Part shown: positions 1-10,593 of the stretch, piece after piece
How positions within the stretch are numbered: the first letter of the stretch is position 1
Layout of the letters: each line of letters opens with the position of its first letter
IMG/VR virus record: IMGVR_UViG_3300028610_002494
Span: 32,001-96,000 of that record
Source: a virus
DNA: 64,000 nucleotides
Reading direction: 5' to 3' (one strand)
Position numbers and translations under genes: made by a program
Notes under the pieces: generated by a model
The model's input: the letters and a program-made list of their open reading frames with translations, nothing else
Database searches by the model: none
What the model was told of the DNA's origin: nothing

Positions 1-141
1 AACAAAAAAAGGAGGAAAAGAATTATGGTAAATAAAAACAATCTTACAAAAAAGCAAAAAAAGATAAAAGAAGTCTTTAAAAATCATAAAGAACAAATGA
101 CTTGGGATGAAATAGAAAAAATATTTAAGGATTTGTAGATA

Positions 142-789
142 ATGGTAAAAATAATTAAACAGTCTTATGAAATACTTACTGATCTTGATGGATTAGTAAT
201 TCTCAAAAATATTGAGAAAGCTGCCAGAACTTGTTATAAATCTGAACATCTTATAATAGAAGATGGTGAATCTGCTAAGAAATTAGTTAAAAACTTAGTG
301 GAAAGAGGACATACTGCTATGTTAGAACATGGTGGAATGATTTCTGTTAAGATAATTTGTAATAGAGGACTAACCCATGAATTAGTAAGACATCGATTAT
401 GTAGTTATGCACAAGAAAGTACAAGATACTGTGATTATTCTAAAGATAAACATGGAAATGAAATAACAGTAATTAGACCATTAAATTTTCATAGTTATAG
501 TTCTATAGAAAAAGAAAATCAAATATATTGGGCTTGGTGTCAAGCAATGGATGCAGCTGAACAATCATATTTTAGATTAAGAAAACTTGGAGTATCACCA
601 CAAATAGCTCGTGGTGTACTTCCAATTGATATTAAAACTGAAATCATTATTTCTACTAATCCAACAGAATGGAGACACATACTAAAACTTAGAACTTCTC
701 CAGCTGCTCATCCACAAATAAGAGCTATTATGATTGGAATATTAAAAGATTTTAAAAATAAAATACCAATTATATTTGATGATTTATGA
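142..789 (+). CDS. thyX: Flavin-dependent thymidylate synthase ThyX
   Basis: ThyX signature ELVRHRLCSYAQESTRY; also GHTAMLEH, ARGVLP and AHPQIR. Confidence 0.95.
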   Translation: MVKIIKQSYEILTDLDGLVILKNIEKAARTCYKSEHLIIEDGESAKKLVKNLVERGHTAMLEHGGMISVKIICNRGLTHELVRHRLCSYAQESTRYCDYSKDKHGNEITVIRPLNFHSYSSIEKENQIYWAWCQAMDAAEQSYFRLRKLGVSPQIARGVLPIDIKTEIIISTNPTEWRHILKLRTSPAAHPQIRAIMIGILKDFKNKIPIIFDDL

Positions 790-938
790 TAATAAGAAAG
801 AAAGTATTAGCTTTTATGTATTGGAATAAATGTTATATGTCTAAATGTAATATATGCATTGAACGATGTAATTCTAAAACAAAAAATAAAATACTTAAAA
901 TTTTAACTAAAATAAGAAAAGTAAACAGGTGGTAAAAA

Positions 939-1469
939 TTGGGAAAAATAAAAATATATCAAGGAATATATAATATAATTAGCAATAAAGCTTTTTATAG
1001 AGATGGATATTTCCATAGAGAAACAAGAAGATCTTTTTTAACATTACATAATAGATTTAAAAATTTGCTGAGTAGAAAACGTATCAAATTCTTTTTTAAG
1101 TATAATTCCTATAAGAATATTGTTTTAAGGGAATTTTATTTTACATTTGGAGAAGATTTGGAAAAAGGTATTTTCGTAATTAGTATTTGTCATCCTTTTT
1201 TTGATATGTTTGACGAAAAACTTGGTGAATCGATTGTTATTGGAAGAATCAAACGAATGCGTGGAGATGTGAAATACGAAACAAATAAACCTGTAAGAAA
1301 TATACATGGAGAAATTATTTTAGACAAAAATGGAAAACCAATAATGAAATATAGAAAAAAGTTTTATGAACCATATAATTTAGATGCTAAAGTTTTAGAT
1401 AAGAATGGAAATGAAACTGATAAATTAAAATATCCATACATAAGTAAAAATTTAAATAGAAGGATTTAG
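939..1469 (+). CDS. Hypothetical protein
   Basis: 176-aa ORF, TTG start after AGGTGG RBS. Confidence 0.6.
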   Translation: MGKIKIYQGIYNIISNKAFYRDGYFHRETRRSFLTLHNRFKNLLSRKRIKFFFKYNSYKNIVLREFYFTFGEDLEKGIFVISICHPFFDMFDEKLGESIVIGRIKRMRGDVKYETNKPVRNIHGEIILDKNGKPIMKYRKKFYEPYNLDAKVLDKNGNETDKLKYPYISKNLNRRI

Positions 1470-1474
1470 TAATC

Positions 1475-1789
1475 ATGAAAAATAATATACATATTTTGTG
1501 GGAAGAACTGGAACTTTTTTTGGAAAATGATAAAGATTTTCAAATTATTAAAATTGAAGATGATTGTATAGAGATTAAAGCATTACATATAAGAGCTTTT
1601 CATATAAATTATATATATGGTATTATTTTAGCTCGTATAATGCCTTTAAATTGTATTTTAGAATTGGAAAGTTCTTATATTCAAGCTGATGATTTGAAAA
1701 ATGATTCATTTTCATTTGATTTAACTATTAATACCAAAAAGAACCTTTTTTATAAAGGACTTATAAAAATAACTAAAAATGATAAATAG
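1475..1789 (+). CDS. Hypothetical protein
   Basis: 104-aa ORF in operon context. Confidence 0.55.
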   Translation: MKNNIHILWEELELFLENDKDFQIIKIEDDCIEIKALHIRAFHINYIYGIILARIMPLNCILELESSYIQADDLKNDSFSFDLTINTKKNLFYKGLIKITKNDK

Positions 1790-1823
1790 AAAGATATTGA
1801 ATAAAAAATAAAAATGTATAATT

Positions 1824-2651
1824 ATGACTTTTAAAATTACAGAATATATATATTTAACAGATTTTATTCCAGAATTCAAGAGAATTAAAGAATCATTAGA
1901 TAACTATAATTTAGTTATTATAGTTGGTGATGAAGGAACTGGAAAGACAGGATTTATTAATAATTATTTTAGTAATTTTAATGATTTTTTAATTAATAGA
2001 GTAGATTCAAATACACCAAAATTTCAAATTTTAAGCTATTTAAGGAACAAAAATATTTTTTATAAGAAAAAAGTATTAATTTATGATGATATAATGATTA
2101 AAAGCGATTTATTAACTGAAATAAGTAAATATATTCATCCAACAAGATCTGATAAAAAAATAGTTATAATAGTTAATAAGTTAAAATGGAATCCAATAAA
2201 GTATATAATTCATAATACACGATATCCAACAAAACAAGAAGTATTCAGATATATAAATGGTTATATGTTTAATATGGTTAGAAGAGAACATCAAGAACCA
2301 TTTGAGAACCCTGAACAACTAAGAAAAGATATATTGAAAATGGATATATACAATATGAGAAGAATACAATTTGCATTGGAAGATGGATTTTTAACACAAG
2401 AAATTAAAACTGATGAGAAAAAGTTCAATATTACAAAAATGAATCCTTATATGATTTCATTTTATATGGCAGAAAATTTATCAAATTTAAGAAGGATTAA
2501 AGATAATATAATTGATGCTGATAAGTTAAAGTACGTTAATGATCATTTTTATTTAGATTTCATTAAATTACATTATCCAAATATCGATAAAAAAAGGTTA
2601 AGATATCCAAAACAATTATTAGAAATAATAAAAAAAGGTAAAAAAGAATGA
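1824..2651 (+). CDS. Divergent AAA+ clamp-loader (RFC large subunit-like) protein
   Basis: Walker A GDEGTGKT, Walker B-like VLIYDD, NMRR sensor-like segment; RFC small subunit nearby. Confidence 0.55.
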   Translation: MTFKITEYIYLTDFIPEFKRIKESLDNYNLVIIVGDEGTGKTGFINNYFSNFNDFLINRVDSNTPKFQILSYLRNKNIFYKKKVLIYDDIMIKSDLLTEISKYIHPTRSDKKIVIIVNKLKWNPIKYIIHNTRYPTKQEVFRYINGYMFNMVRREHQEPFENPEQLRKDILKMDIYNMRRIQFALEDGFLTQEIKTDEKKFNITKMNPYMISFYMAENLSNLRRIKDNIIDADKLKYVNDHFYLDFIKLHYPNIDKKRLRYPKQLLEIIKKGKKE

Positions 2652-3022
2652 GTGAAACTACAGTTTTAATTATAATTTTTATAATCACCTTAATTCTTGA
2701 TAATGAATATCTAAAAAGAAAATTCCGTAGGATTAGAAGAAAATGCATATATTGTGGATATAGTAGAGATGATGAAGCAGATCAATGGAAACAACATTCA
2801 AGTTGTAAGTCGTTAATTCATTGTCAGGTATGTAGTGAGAAGAAGTATCAAAAGAATTGGAAGTTGATGAATAAAAAAAAGATAGAAAATATTTTTAATG
2901 AAACTGAATGTCTTACTGAAGGTTGTAATGGAGAATTTAAAATAATAATGTGGCGTTCTCGTTATAAATGTTTAAAATGTGGAGATAGTAGATCACTCTC
3001 GGATATTGGATTAGAAACCTAA
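2648..3022 (+). CDS. Membrane-anchored Zn-finger protein
   Basis: N-terminal hydrophobic helix followed by several CxxC pairs. Confidence 0.55.
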   Translation: MSETTVLIIIFIITLILDNEYLKRKFRRIRRKCIYCGYSRDDEADQWKQHSSCKSLIHCQVCSEKKYQKNWKLMNKKKIENIFNETECLTEGCNGEFKIIMWRSRYKCLKCGDSRSLSDIGLET

Positions 3023-3262
3023 AAAAACAGAGAAAATGTTTTAAAATGAAATTAAAAAAATTATATAAAAAATTAGAAAAAAAATTTGATAAATATTATA
3101 AACGATCCTTTCGTTTTAATGGAAGTATTAGGGAATTTACTTTTGATCCTTATCTTGGATTAAAAAATGATGTTCATCAAGAAATAATTGTTAAGTTAAT
3201 ATCTAATAAAGAAGATTTAAGAAAATTTATAAAAGATATGGAGAAAAAGAGGTAAATTAAAA

Positions 3263-4696
3263 ATGGAAACAAGATATCATTTTAAACATGATACAATTTA
3301 TTGTGGAGATAATTTAAGGGTTTTAAAATACTTTCCAGATGAGTGTGTAGATTTAATTTATATAGATCCACCATTCTTTAGTGGAAAGAATTATGATTTA
3401 GTATTTGGAGATAAATATGCAATTAGAGCATTTCAAGATACTTTTGAAGGAAAGAAAGAAACATATCTTTCGTTTATGGAAGACAGAATACGACATTTAC
3501 ATAGAATCTTAAAACCTACAGGAAGTTTTTATTTACATTGTGATCATCATGCATCTCATTATCTAAAGGTAATATGTGATGCAATATTTAATAAAGAAAA
3601 TTTTAAAGCTGATATAATATGGAAAAGAACGATTCAAGTGAAAAATGTAAAGAAAAATTATAGTAGGAATATAGATTATATATTATTTTATACTAAAAGT
3701 AATTCTTATACATTTAATACACAATATACACCACTAAGAAAAGAACAAATAAAAAAATATTATAATAATATAGAAAAAGAAACTGGTAGAAGATATAATC
3801 ATTCAGGATTAACAAGAAAAGGAAGTGGGATTAATAAATTAAAATTTCATGATAAAGGAACTATATCCACTCCTCTTGGTGTGTCTTTTGGTTGGTCTCA
3901 AGAAACATATGAAAAAGAATATAAAAAAAATCCACTCTGTATTCACTGGTCAAAAAATAATAAACCTCGAAAAAAGATATATTTAGATGAACATAAAGGT
4001 ATTCCTTTAACTATTTTATGGGATGATATACCAGAACTGCCAACAAATAGTAGTGAGAGACTTGGTTATCCAACACAAAAACCTGAAGCTTTATTAGAGA
4101 GAATCATTAAAGCAAGTTCAAATGAAAAAGATATAATTCTTGATTCTTTTTGTGGTTGTGGAACAAGTTTGGTTGTTGCAGAAAAACTAAATAGAAAATG
4201 GATTGGAATAGATGTTTCACCAATTGGTTGCACTGTTATGGCAAAAAGAATAGGATACCAACTAAAAAATATACAGGGAATGAAATATTCATTAAAACAA
4301 GCAAAAGAGTTAGATTGGATGGATTTCCAAAAATGGACAATTAAATCAATAGATGGAATTCCTCTAACAAAGAAAGGAGCAGATAAAGGAATAGATGGTT
4401 GGCAAAACAACAATAAATTCAATGAAAGTGTTCCAGTTGAAGTAAAACAACATAAAATAAACTATAATGATGTATTAAAGCTTAATTCTGTTATTGAAAG
4501 AGAAAAGAAGAAAGGTGGGTTTATGATTGCTTTTGAAATAACTAAACCTGCTTCAATAGAAATAAAAAGATTAAAAAGAACAACTAAAAGAGATATTGTA
4601 TTCATTAGTTTTGATGATTTATTTAATAGAGAAACCTTGTTAAAAAAAGGTGCTATTAAACCAACAATGTTAGAAAGACATTTTAAAGTAAAATAA
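3263..4696 (+). CDS. N6A/N4C DNA methyltransferase (beta class) with C-terminal Mrr/REase-like domain
   Basis: IYIDPPF motif IV, YPTQKP, DSFCGCG motif I; C-terminal GADKGIDG...VEVK PD-(D/E)xK-like segment. Confidence 0.9.
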   Translation: METRYHFKHDTIYCGDNLRVLKYFPDECVDLIYIDPPFFSGKNYDLVFGDKYAIRAFQDTFEGKKETYLSFMEDRIRHLHRILKPTGSFYLHCDHHASHYLKVICDAIFNKENFKADIIWKRTIQVKNVKKNYSRNIDYILFYTKSNSYTFNTQYTPLRKEQIKKYYNNIEKETGRRYNHSGLTRKGSGINKLKFHDKGTISTPLGVSFGWSQETYEKEYKKNPLCIHWSKNNKPRKKIYLDEHKGIPLTILWDDIPELPTNSSERLGYPTQKPEALLERIIKASSNEKDIILDSFCGCGTSLVVAEKLNRKWIGIDVSPIGCTVMAKRIGYQLKNIQGMKYSLKQAKELDWMDFQKWTIKSIDGIPLTKKGADKGIDGWQNNNKFNESVPVEVKQHKINYNDVLKLNSVIEREKKKGGFMIAFEITKPASIEIKRLKRTTKRDIVFISFDDLFNRETLLKKGAIKPTMLERHFKVK

Positions 4697-5074
4697 AAGA
4701 GGTAAACTAAATAATGGAAGCTTGTATTAAATGTTCTAAACAACAAGAAGAAAAGGTATTAAAACAAATCAAAAAAGAATTACTTGGTTTCTTAAAAAAA
4801 CCAAATAGCTATAAAATACACTATAATCCATTTAATGGACTTTATAGATTAGAAAAGGTGAAACAATGAAAATTCCAGATAAATGTAAAGAATGTATGCA
4901 TAGGATTAATGATTTCTGTAAAGGTTATGGATTTAAACTTGAAGTCCTTAGTGTAGAAAACTGTAAAAGAAGAAAAACTGAAAAACAAACTAAAAAAAAA
5001 ATTGTTAAACATGCACGTGCTCGTTATCGTAATAGTAAAATAGGATTTGCTGGAAATAATAGTAATTATATGGG

Positions 5075-5443
5075 ATGATAATCATGGCAGAAGAATTCGC
5101 AGATATTTTAGATGATATCAAAAGAAAACCAATGGAAGAAAGAATACAGGCTTTAGGAAGTATAGTTGAAAAATTAATTCAAACAATATTAAATGTCTCA
5201 AATAATACAGAAATAATGTTAAACTCTTTTAGAAATGAAATTGATATTTTAAAACAACAAATTAAAGTAATGAGAGTATCACAAACTAATATTGATATAA
5301 AACAATTAAAACTTAAACCACCAGAACCATTACAACCATCACAATTTACACCTAAACCAACTCCACCAATACCAACACGAAGTATGCTTGTTGGTGAATT
5401 AAATGAATTATTTAAAGCTAATAAGAAAAAAGAGAATAAATAA
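5075..5443 (+). CDS. Coiled-coil protein with proline-rich segment and C-terminal amphipathic helix
   Basis: KPPEPLQPSQFTPKPTPPIPTRSMLVGELNELFK. Confidence 0.6.
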   Translation: MIIMAEEFADILDDIKRKPMEERIQALGSIVEKLIQTILNVSNNTEIMLNSFRNEIDILKQQIKVMRVSQTNIDIKQLKLKPPEPLQPSQFTPKPTPPIPTRSMLVGELNELFKANKKKENK

Positions 5444-5444
5444 A

Positions 5445-5735
5445 ATGATAACAACTAAGAATAATATTCCAGTAGCAACTGATTTTGTAAGAATAGTTCA
5501 CGGAGGAAGAGGAGATTTTGTGGAATTCACAAAAAAACAAATGATATTAATGAATATTAGTATTCCATACATTACGAAATGGAGATTATCCAAAAGATGG
5601 AAAGATAAAATTTATTATATTGAATATAGAACTAAAGATAATATTATGGTTTATTATCAAAAAAGATTAGTTAAATATGCTGATTATAAACTAAATCATT
5701 TTTATATAGCTTTAGAAGATTTAAAAATAACATAA
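5445..5735 (+). CDS. Conserved phage-type hypothetical protein
   Basis: RIVHGGRGDFVEF...YYQKRLVKYADYK; ATG at 5445 preferred over 5403. Confidence 0.55.
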   Translation: MITTKNNIPVATDFVRIVHGGRGDFVEFTKKQMILMNISIPYITKWRLSKRWKDKIYYIEYRTKDNIMVYYQKRLVKYADYKLNHFYIALEDLKIT

Positions 5736-5750
5736 GGAGAAAAATAAAAA

Positions 5751-6068
5751 ATGAATGAAAAAAGAAAAATAAAATTTAGAAAATTTAGTGATGAATATAA
5801 TATTAAAACATCTAAAGACTTTGAAAAACGAGAATATATACATAAAATAACAGAAAGATATTTTATTCCCACTTTTATAATATGTTTGTTATTATTATGT
5901 ATAGGATTGGTACTTTTATTAGATTGGTTAGTGGTTGTTGTATTAATATTATCTTCAATATCTATTATAATTTTAGCAATTAGTCTTATATATTCTATTA
6001 TAAATATGAATAAAAGTAAGAAAAAATGGAAAGAATATACGAAAAAAATAGAAAGCTTAAAGGTGTAA
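5751..6068 (+). CDS. Small membrane protein
   Basis: Two hydrophobic helices; AGGAG RBS. Confidence 0.6.
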   Translation: MNEKRKIKFRKFSDEYNIKTSKDFEKREYIHKITERYFIPTFIICLLLLCIGLVLLLDWLVVVVLILSSISIIILAISLIYSIINMNKSKKKWKEYTKKIESLKV

Positions 6069-6070
6069 AA

Positions 6071-7048
6071 ATGAGTAAAAGATTAACAAAAAGTTTTTTG
6101 GAAAAATATAGACCAAGAGTTAGGAAAGATATAGCTGGTAATTCTGTAGTTTTAGAAAGAATATTTAGCCAAATCGATCAAGGAACACTTGTGAATATGA
6201 TTCTCACAGGAGATTCTGGGTTAGGAAAAACTACAACAGCTGAAATTATAGCCAAAAAAATTATTGGAAAAGAACATTATTATACAGACTGTGTAATTTT
6301 CAATTGTAGTGATAAAACTGGTGTTAATAACATAAGAACTGAAATCATATCATTAGAAAAACTGAGACCACCAAGTGGCATAAGAATTTTTTTAATGGAA
6401 GAAAGTGAACAACTCAGTAAAAAAGCACAATTTGCACTTAAGAAAGCAATGGAATATCCTTATGATAAATCTAATAGGTTTATATTCTTAAGTAATAATA
6501 TAACTAAATTTATTCCAGCAATTAAAGACAGGTGTAGAATATATAATTATATGGCAATAAAACCAGATGAAATGTTTCCAAGACTTAAATATATTGTAGA
6601 ACAAGAAGAAATTGATATTTCTGGTAAATTATTACATACACTTGCTGAACTTTCAAATGGAAGTATGAGATATCCTATAATACAACTCGAGGAATTTAAA
6701 GCATTAAATAGAAAAATAATTGAAAAAGATATACAATTAGAAGAAAGTCTTGAAACAATTAAAATCATATTTAGTTTACTTAAATCAAGAAAAATTCCAC
6801 CTGCAAGGAATAAAATACTGGATTTATATCAAGATGGAAGTAATTTTAATAACATAATTAAGTATTTCCACGATTTTACGATGATGTCTTTAGGAAATAA
6901 CCTAAATTATAAATCTAAAGCAAAATGTTTGATTAAAATAGCTAAAACAGAACGAAATGTTAAGGAAGGATGTAATGAATTTATCCAAATAAGCTTTTTA
7001 TTATCAAATATAAGCATATTATTACAAAAAACAAAAACAGGTAATTAG
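6071..7048 (+). CDS. rfcS: Replication factor C small subunit (clamp loader)
   Basis: EKYRP, GDSGLGKTT, NCSD..G...IR, AQFALKKAME and IKDRC (SRC-like) motifs; ATG 6071 follows AGGTG. Confidence 0.9.
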   Translation: MSKRLTKSFLEKYRPRVRKDIAGNSVVLERIFSQIDQGTLVNMILTGDSGLGKTTTAEIIAKKIIGKEHYYTDCVIFNCSDKTGVNNIRTEIISLEKLRPPSGIRIFLMEESEQLSKKAQFALKKAMEYPYDKSNRFIFLSNNITKFIPAIKDRCRIYNYMAIKPDEMFPRLKYIVEQEEIDISGKLLHTLAELSNGSMRYPIIQLEEFKALNRKIIEKDIQLEESLETIKIIFSLLKSRKIPPARNKILDLYQDGSNFNNIIKYFHDFTMMSLGNNLNYKSKAKCLIKIAKTERNVKEGCNEFIQISFLLSNISILLQKTKTGN

Positions 7049-7585
7049 ATGTCAAAAAAGAATAAAAAAAATAAGAAATCATTTACGAATTTCTTTAGAG
7101 AAGGTAAAAATAAGAAATCATTTACGAATTTCTTTAGAGAAGGTATTTCTTGTGTTTTAGGTATTCCATCTGATGAAATAACTGATGAAAGTATCTATGA
7201 AAGTATAAAATCAATCAAAGAAATAAAATTTGATGTAAAAAGGATAAAAAGGAAGACAATTAAATGTGAAAATTGTTATAGTGATTTACTTGAGGATATT
7301 TCTAATATAGAAGATTTAGATTATAGAGGTGAAATGTTTAACGAATTCTGCCAAAAACTTCAAGAAATTACGAAAATAGAAACAACAATAGAAATGCTAA
7401 GAAATTGGAGAAAAGCTTTTAATAAAAAACAACAAGAAGACTCAATAATACCAAGAAAATGTTGTGAATGTAGTAATGAAAACAATATAACAAGAATACC
7501 ACAATGTTATGCTGGTAATTATAGAGGTTATGGAATTAAATATAAATGTGATGATTTTAAACCGAAGGTGATTAAGGATACCTAA
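7049..7585 (+). CDS. Hypothetical Cys-containing protein with duplicated N-terminal peptide
   Basis: 178-aa ORF; KNKKSFTNFFREG occurs twice. Confidence 0.6.
   Translation: MSKKNKKNKKSFTNFFREGKNKKSFTNFFREGISCVLGIPSDEITDESIYESIKSIKEIKFDVKRIKRKTIKCENCYSDLLEDISNIEDLDYRGEMFNEFCQKLQEITKIETTIEMLRNWRKAFNKKQQEDSIIPRKCCECSNENNITRIPQCYAGNYRGYGIKYKCDDFKPKVIKDT
7067..7144 (+). repeat. Perfect in-frame 39-bp tandem duplication
   Basis: AAAAATAAGAAATCATTTACGAATTTCTTTAGAGAAGGT at 7067-7105 and 7106-7144. Confidence 0.95.
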
Positions 7586-7772
7586 TTTAGATGATGTATT
7601 ATCTGATTTATATAGGTTTAAAAAATCATTAGAAAATAGTATAAAATTTATAGACAAACTCATAAAACTATTTGGTTCTTGGAGTACTGCTGTTGATATG
7701 GGTTGCGAACAAGAAACAACTATGAATGATATTTTAGATACAATACATAATGTTTTAATAAAAGGTAAATAA
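7578..7772 (+). CDS. Small hypothetical protein with non-canonical (ATA) start, absent from the ORF track
   Basis: Open frame IPNLDDVLSDLYRFKK...IKGK* fills the gap between neighbours; AGGTGA RBS just upstream; in-frame TGA at 7569. Confidence 0.55.
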   Translation: MPNLDDVLSDLYRFKKSLENSIKFIDKLIKLFGSWSTAVDMGCEQETTMNDILDTIHNVLIKGK

Positions 7773-7773
7773 A

Positions 7774-8049
7774 ATGAAAATTGAAAAAAAATTCTGCCCA
7801 ATATGTAATAATGAATTAGCAACTATTTGTATATATTGGTGTTATAAATGTAAAAAATGGTTTGAAGATATTGACTTTCTTGATCCAGAAATAAAATTTG
7901 ATGAAGATTGTAAAAAATGTAGTTGGCTTGCTGAAACTGGTTTTGAAAAGAATAATTTAACTATGTTTGTTTGTAATAGTTTAAAATCAAAAAGAAAAAT
8001 GGAAAAAATTAGAGATTTTAGAAGATGTAAAGAATTTGATGGTGAATAA
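7774..8049 (+). CDS. Small Zn-finger protein
   Basis: CPIC, CYKC, CKKC motifs. Confidence 0.6.
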   Translation: MKIEKKFCPICNNELATICIYWCYKCKKWFEDIDFLDPEIKFDEDCKKCSWLAETGFEKNNLTMFVCNSLKSKRKMEKIRDFRRCKEFDGE

Positions 8050-8407
8050 ATTGGCAAAAAAGAAAAAAGTAGAAAAAATATTAATCCTAAAAGGAGAATT
8101 ATTAGAAATAGTAGTATTATATAATACATTGAATGAACAGAAGAAAGATGCAGAAGATGATATGAAACCTATAAAAAAACAAATAATAGAAATATTAAAT
8201 AAAGTAAATATGACAAAAGGTAAAAGTCAAATTTACACCTTAAATTTATCTCACATTGAACAAGAAAAACTTTCAGAAAAAAAACTAAAAGAAGAATTAT
8301 TTGCACTTGAAGACCAAAAAATAAAGGAAATATGGAAAAGATGTTTATACAAAATTAAATATGACAGACTAACAGTCAAAAAAAGAAAAGGTGGTGAAAA
8401 CATCTTT

Positions 8408-8448
8408 TAATGGATTCATCTAAAATCCATTATTTTTATTTTTTTATT
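8408..8448 (+). terminator. Hairpin plus T-tract terminator
   Basis: TAATGGATT/AATCCATTA inverted repeat followed by T-runs, directly after the stop at 8410. Confidence 0.5.
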
Positions 8449-8516
8449 GTTTATATAAACCTTGTTTATAAAAATCTTACCTGAAATGCACAAATAAGGT
8501 TTATATAAACAATAAA
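8443..8516. repeat. 21-bp perfect inverted repeat built from GTTTAT/ATAAAC units
   Basis: TTTATTGTTTATATAAACCTT (8443-8463) / AAGGTTTATATAAACAATAAA (8496-8516). Confidence 0.9.
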
Positions 8517-8597
8517 TTTAAATAAAACAAAAATAACTTAATCTTACTAAAAAAAAGTTAATTTAAATAAAAAAAAGTTAAAAAGAGGCTAAAAATA

Positions 8598-8798
8598 ATG
8601 ACAGAAGAAATTCTAACAGTGAAAGAAGTTGTATTAAAATTGAGAAATTCTAAATATAGATATCTCAAAATTACTGAAAACCATTTTAATGAAATTTCAC
8701 GTGGTGATACTGCTGAAGTTATAAGAAGAGAAACTGATGACTATTTAGATTTAATATATAGATTCAAAAAACAAAAAACAACAAAAAAGGTAAAATAA
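8598..8798 (+). CDS. Small putative ribbon-helix-helix DNA-binding protein
   Basis: YLKITE...DTAEVIRRETDDYL resembles the CopG/RHH pattern. Confidence 0.4.
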   Translation: MTEEILTVKEVVLKLRNSKYRYLKITENHFNEISRGDTAEVIRRETDDYLDLIYRFKKQKTTKKVK

Positions 8799-8799
8799 A

Positions 8800-10593
8800 A
8801 TGGCAAAAAAACCAGTTAAAAAAAATGTGATACCACAAGAAATTCTTACTAAATTAAAAAGAGTTAAAACAAAATTTTTTAAAGAAGATACTCTTAAAGT
8901 TGTAAAAGAAGCATATTTAGAAATATATAAAGAAGATAAATTAGAACATAAAAATAAAAAATGGAGTAATCTAATATTCCATAAACGAGCACTTACCAAA
9001 TTAAAAAACAGGAAAAAATCTGAAAAACTTGGTGGAGCAATTGATAAATATTATATGATTGTTTTTGGTGCTTCAAATGTAAGAGATCTAAGTCAAAATA
9101 GAAGAAATAATATAATAGATCTTTGGGATGCTGATCCACAAAAAGCTATGTCTGATGGTCTTATTATGTTTATAAAAGAAACAAATCCTAAAACTGGAGA
9201 AATTGAAAAAGTACCAATATTAGATGATACAGGTGGTATCATACCGAGAGATAATGTAGAATTCGGTAAAAGAAAAAATGGAACTAAATTTAAAAATCCA
9301 AATCATGATCACGCAATTGCTCATGCTTATAGGAGAAATGTTATTGGTGCTTGTTCTAATTTACAAGGAGTAAAAGGAGTTTTTATACATGAACTAAGAG
9401 ATAAATCTGCAACTGATTTGGATATTCCAATGAATACTTTGGTAAAATCTTCTGGTAAAACATTAGGTACTGAAGTTATTACATTAGACAAAAATATATA
9501 TATCGATAGAGAGTTATTGGAAGAAATGATTACAAACTTAGAAGATGATATTGAACAAGGAATCATAACTGAAGAATATGCAAATGAAATGAAAAAACAT
9601 TATATCAACTTACTATTGATTACAAAGAAAAAGAAGAAAGAAGAAGATGATGAAGAAGAGGAAGAAGATGAAGTAAAACACGAAGAAATAGAAACCACAC
9701 TATTTAAACTTAGAAGTACAAAAGGGACAGCATTTATTAAAGTAGAAAATGAAAAAGAATTTGAAATTGCTGATTTTCCTATGAGAGATCATATGCAACC
9801 TAATATTAATCTAATATATAAAAAGTATTTCTATCCATTCACATCTGATTGTTCTAATTTACTAAACTACCACGAAGATCATAGATTTATTGATGGTGAT
9901 CCTGAACAAATTAATTGGGATGAATTTGTAAGTTTACAAGACGTTAATCTAATTCAAATTAACATGGAAGCATCCATAGCAGGAAACTATACCTTATTTG
10001 TAGAAGATGAATCTTTATTTAATAAAGATATAATTCATTTAGATGAAGACATTGATGCAATAAAACTATTAGTTCCAAGTCATGTTGATCTAAATTTTGC
10101 ACAAGACAGTAAACTAAATATTATAGGTTCACCAGTTCAATTCCAAGCACAAGATGATGAAAGAAAAGAATTATGGGAAACCAAACTAAACGAAGAAGGA
10201 GAACCTGAATTAGATAAAAATGGTAAAGAAATTAAAATTCCTGTATTTGCTTTCCCTATAATTATGATTCAAGGTATCTTTCCAATACCAGAATATATGA
10301 TTAAAGTAGATACTCTTGACTTAACTCTTGATGACGAAGTTAATGTTGACACTATATTTGAAGATTCAGATAAAAAACCTAAAGTTTCAGATGAAATTGA
10401 AGAAATACCTGAAGTAATAGATGAGCTGGAAAAACTTGAAAAAGAAGTGGAATCTGAAATAATAGAAAAAAAACCAGCGAAAAAAACCACAAAGAAACCA
10501 GCGAAAAAAACCACAAAGAAACCAATAGAAGAAACTGAAGAAACTGAAGAAATTAGTGATGAAGATGAATTTGAAGACAAAGAAATATGGTAA
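8800..10593 (+). CDS. Large acidic protein, putative ssDNA-binding/RPA-like replication protein
   Basis: Beta-rich core, very acidic C-terminal tail ending in W, first in an operon with an ATPase and a clamp; function inferred. Confidence 0.4.
   Translation: MAKKPVKKNVIPQEILTKLKRVKTKFFKEDTLKVVKEAYLEIYKEDKLEHKNKKWSNLIFHKRALTKLKNRKKSEKLGGAIDKYYMIVFGASNVRDLSQNRRNNIIDLWDADPQKAMSDGLIMFIKETNPKTGEIEKVPILDDTGGIIPRDNVEFGKRKNGTKFKNPNHDHAIAHAYRRNVIGACSNLQGVKGVFIHELRDKSATDLDIPMNTLVKSSGKTLGTEVITLDKNIYIDRELLEEMITNLEDDIEQGIITEEYANEMKKHYINLLLITKKKKKEEDDEEEEEDEVKHEEIETTLFKLRSTKGTAFIKVENEKEFEIADFPMRDHMQPNINLIYKKYFYPFTSDCSNLLNYHEDHRFIDGDPEQINWDEFVSLQDVNLIQINMEASIAGNYTLFVEDESLFNKDIIHLDEDIDAIKLLVPSHVDLNFAQDSKLNIIGSPVQFQAQDDERKELWETKLNEEGEPELDKNGKEIKIPVFAFPIIMIQGIFPIPEYMIKVDTLDLTLDDEVNVDTIFEDSDKKPKVSDEIEEIPEVIDELEKLEKEVESEIIEKKPAKKTTKKPAKKTTKKPIEETEETEEISDEDEFEDKEIW
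10471..10524 (+). repeat. 24-bp in-frame tandem repeat (KPAKKTTK x2)
   Basis: AAACCAGCGAAAAAAACCACAAAG x2 plus AAACCA. Confidence 0.9.
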
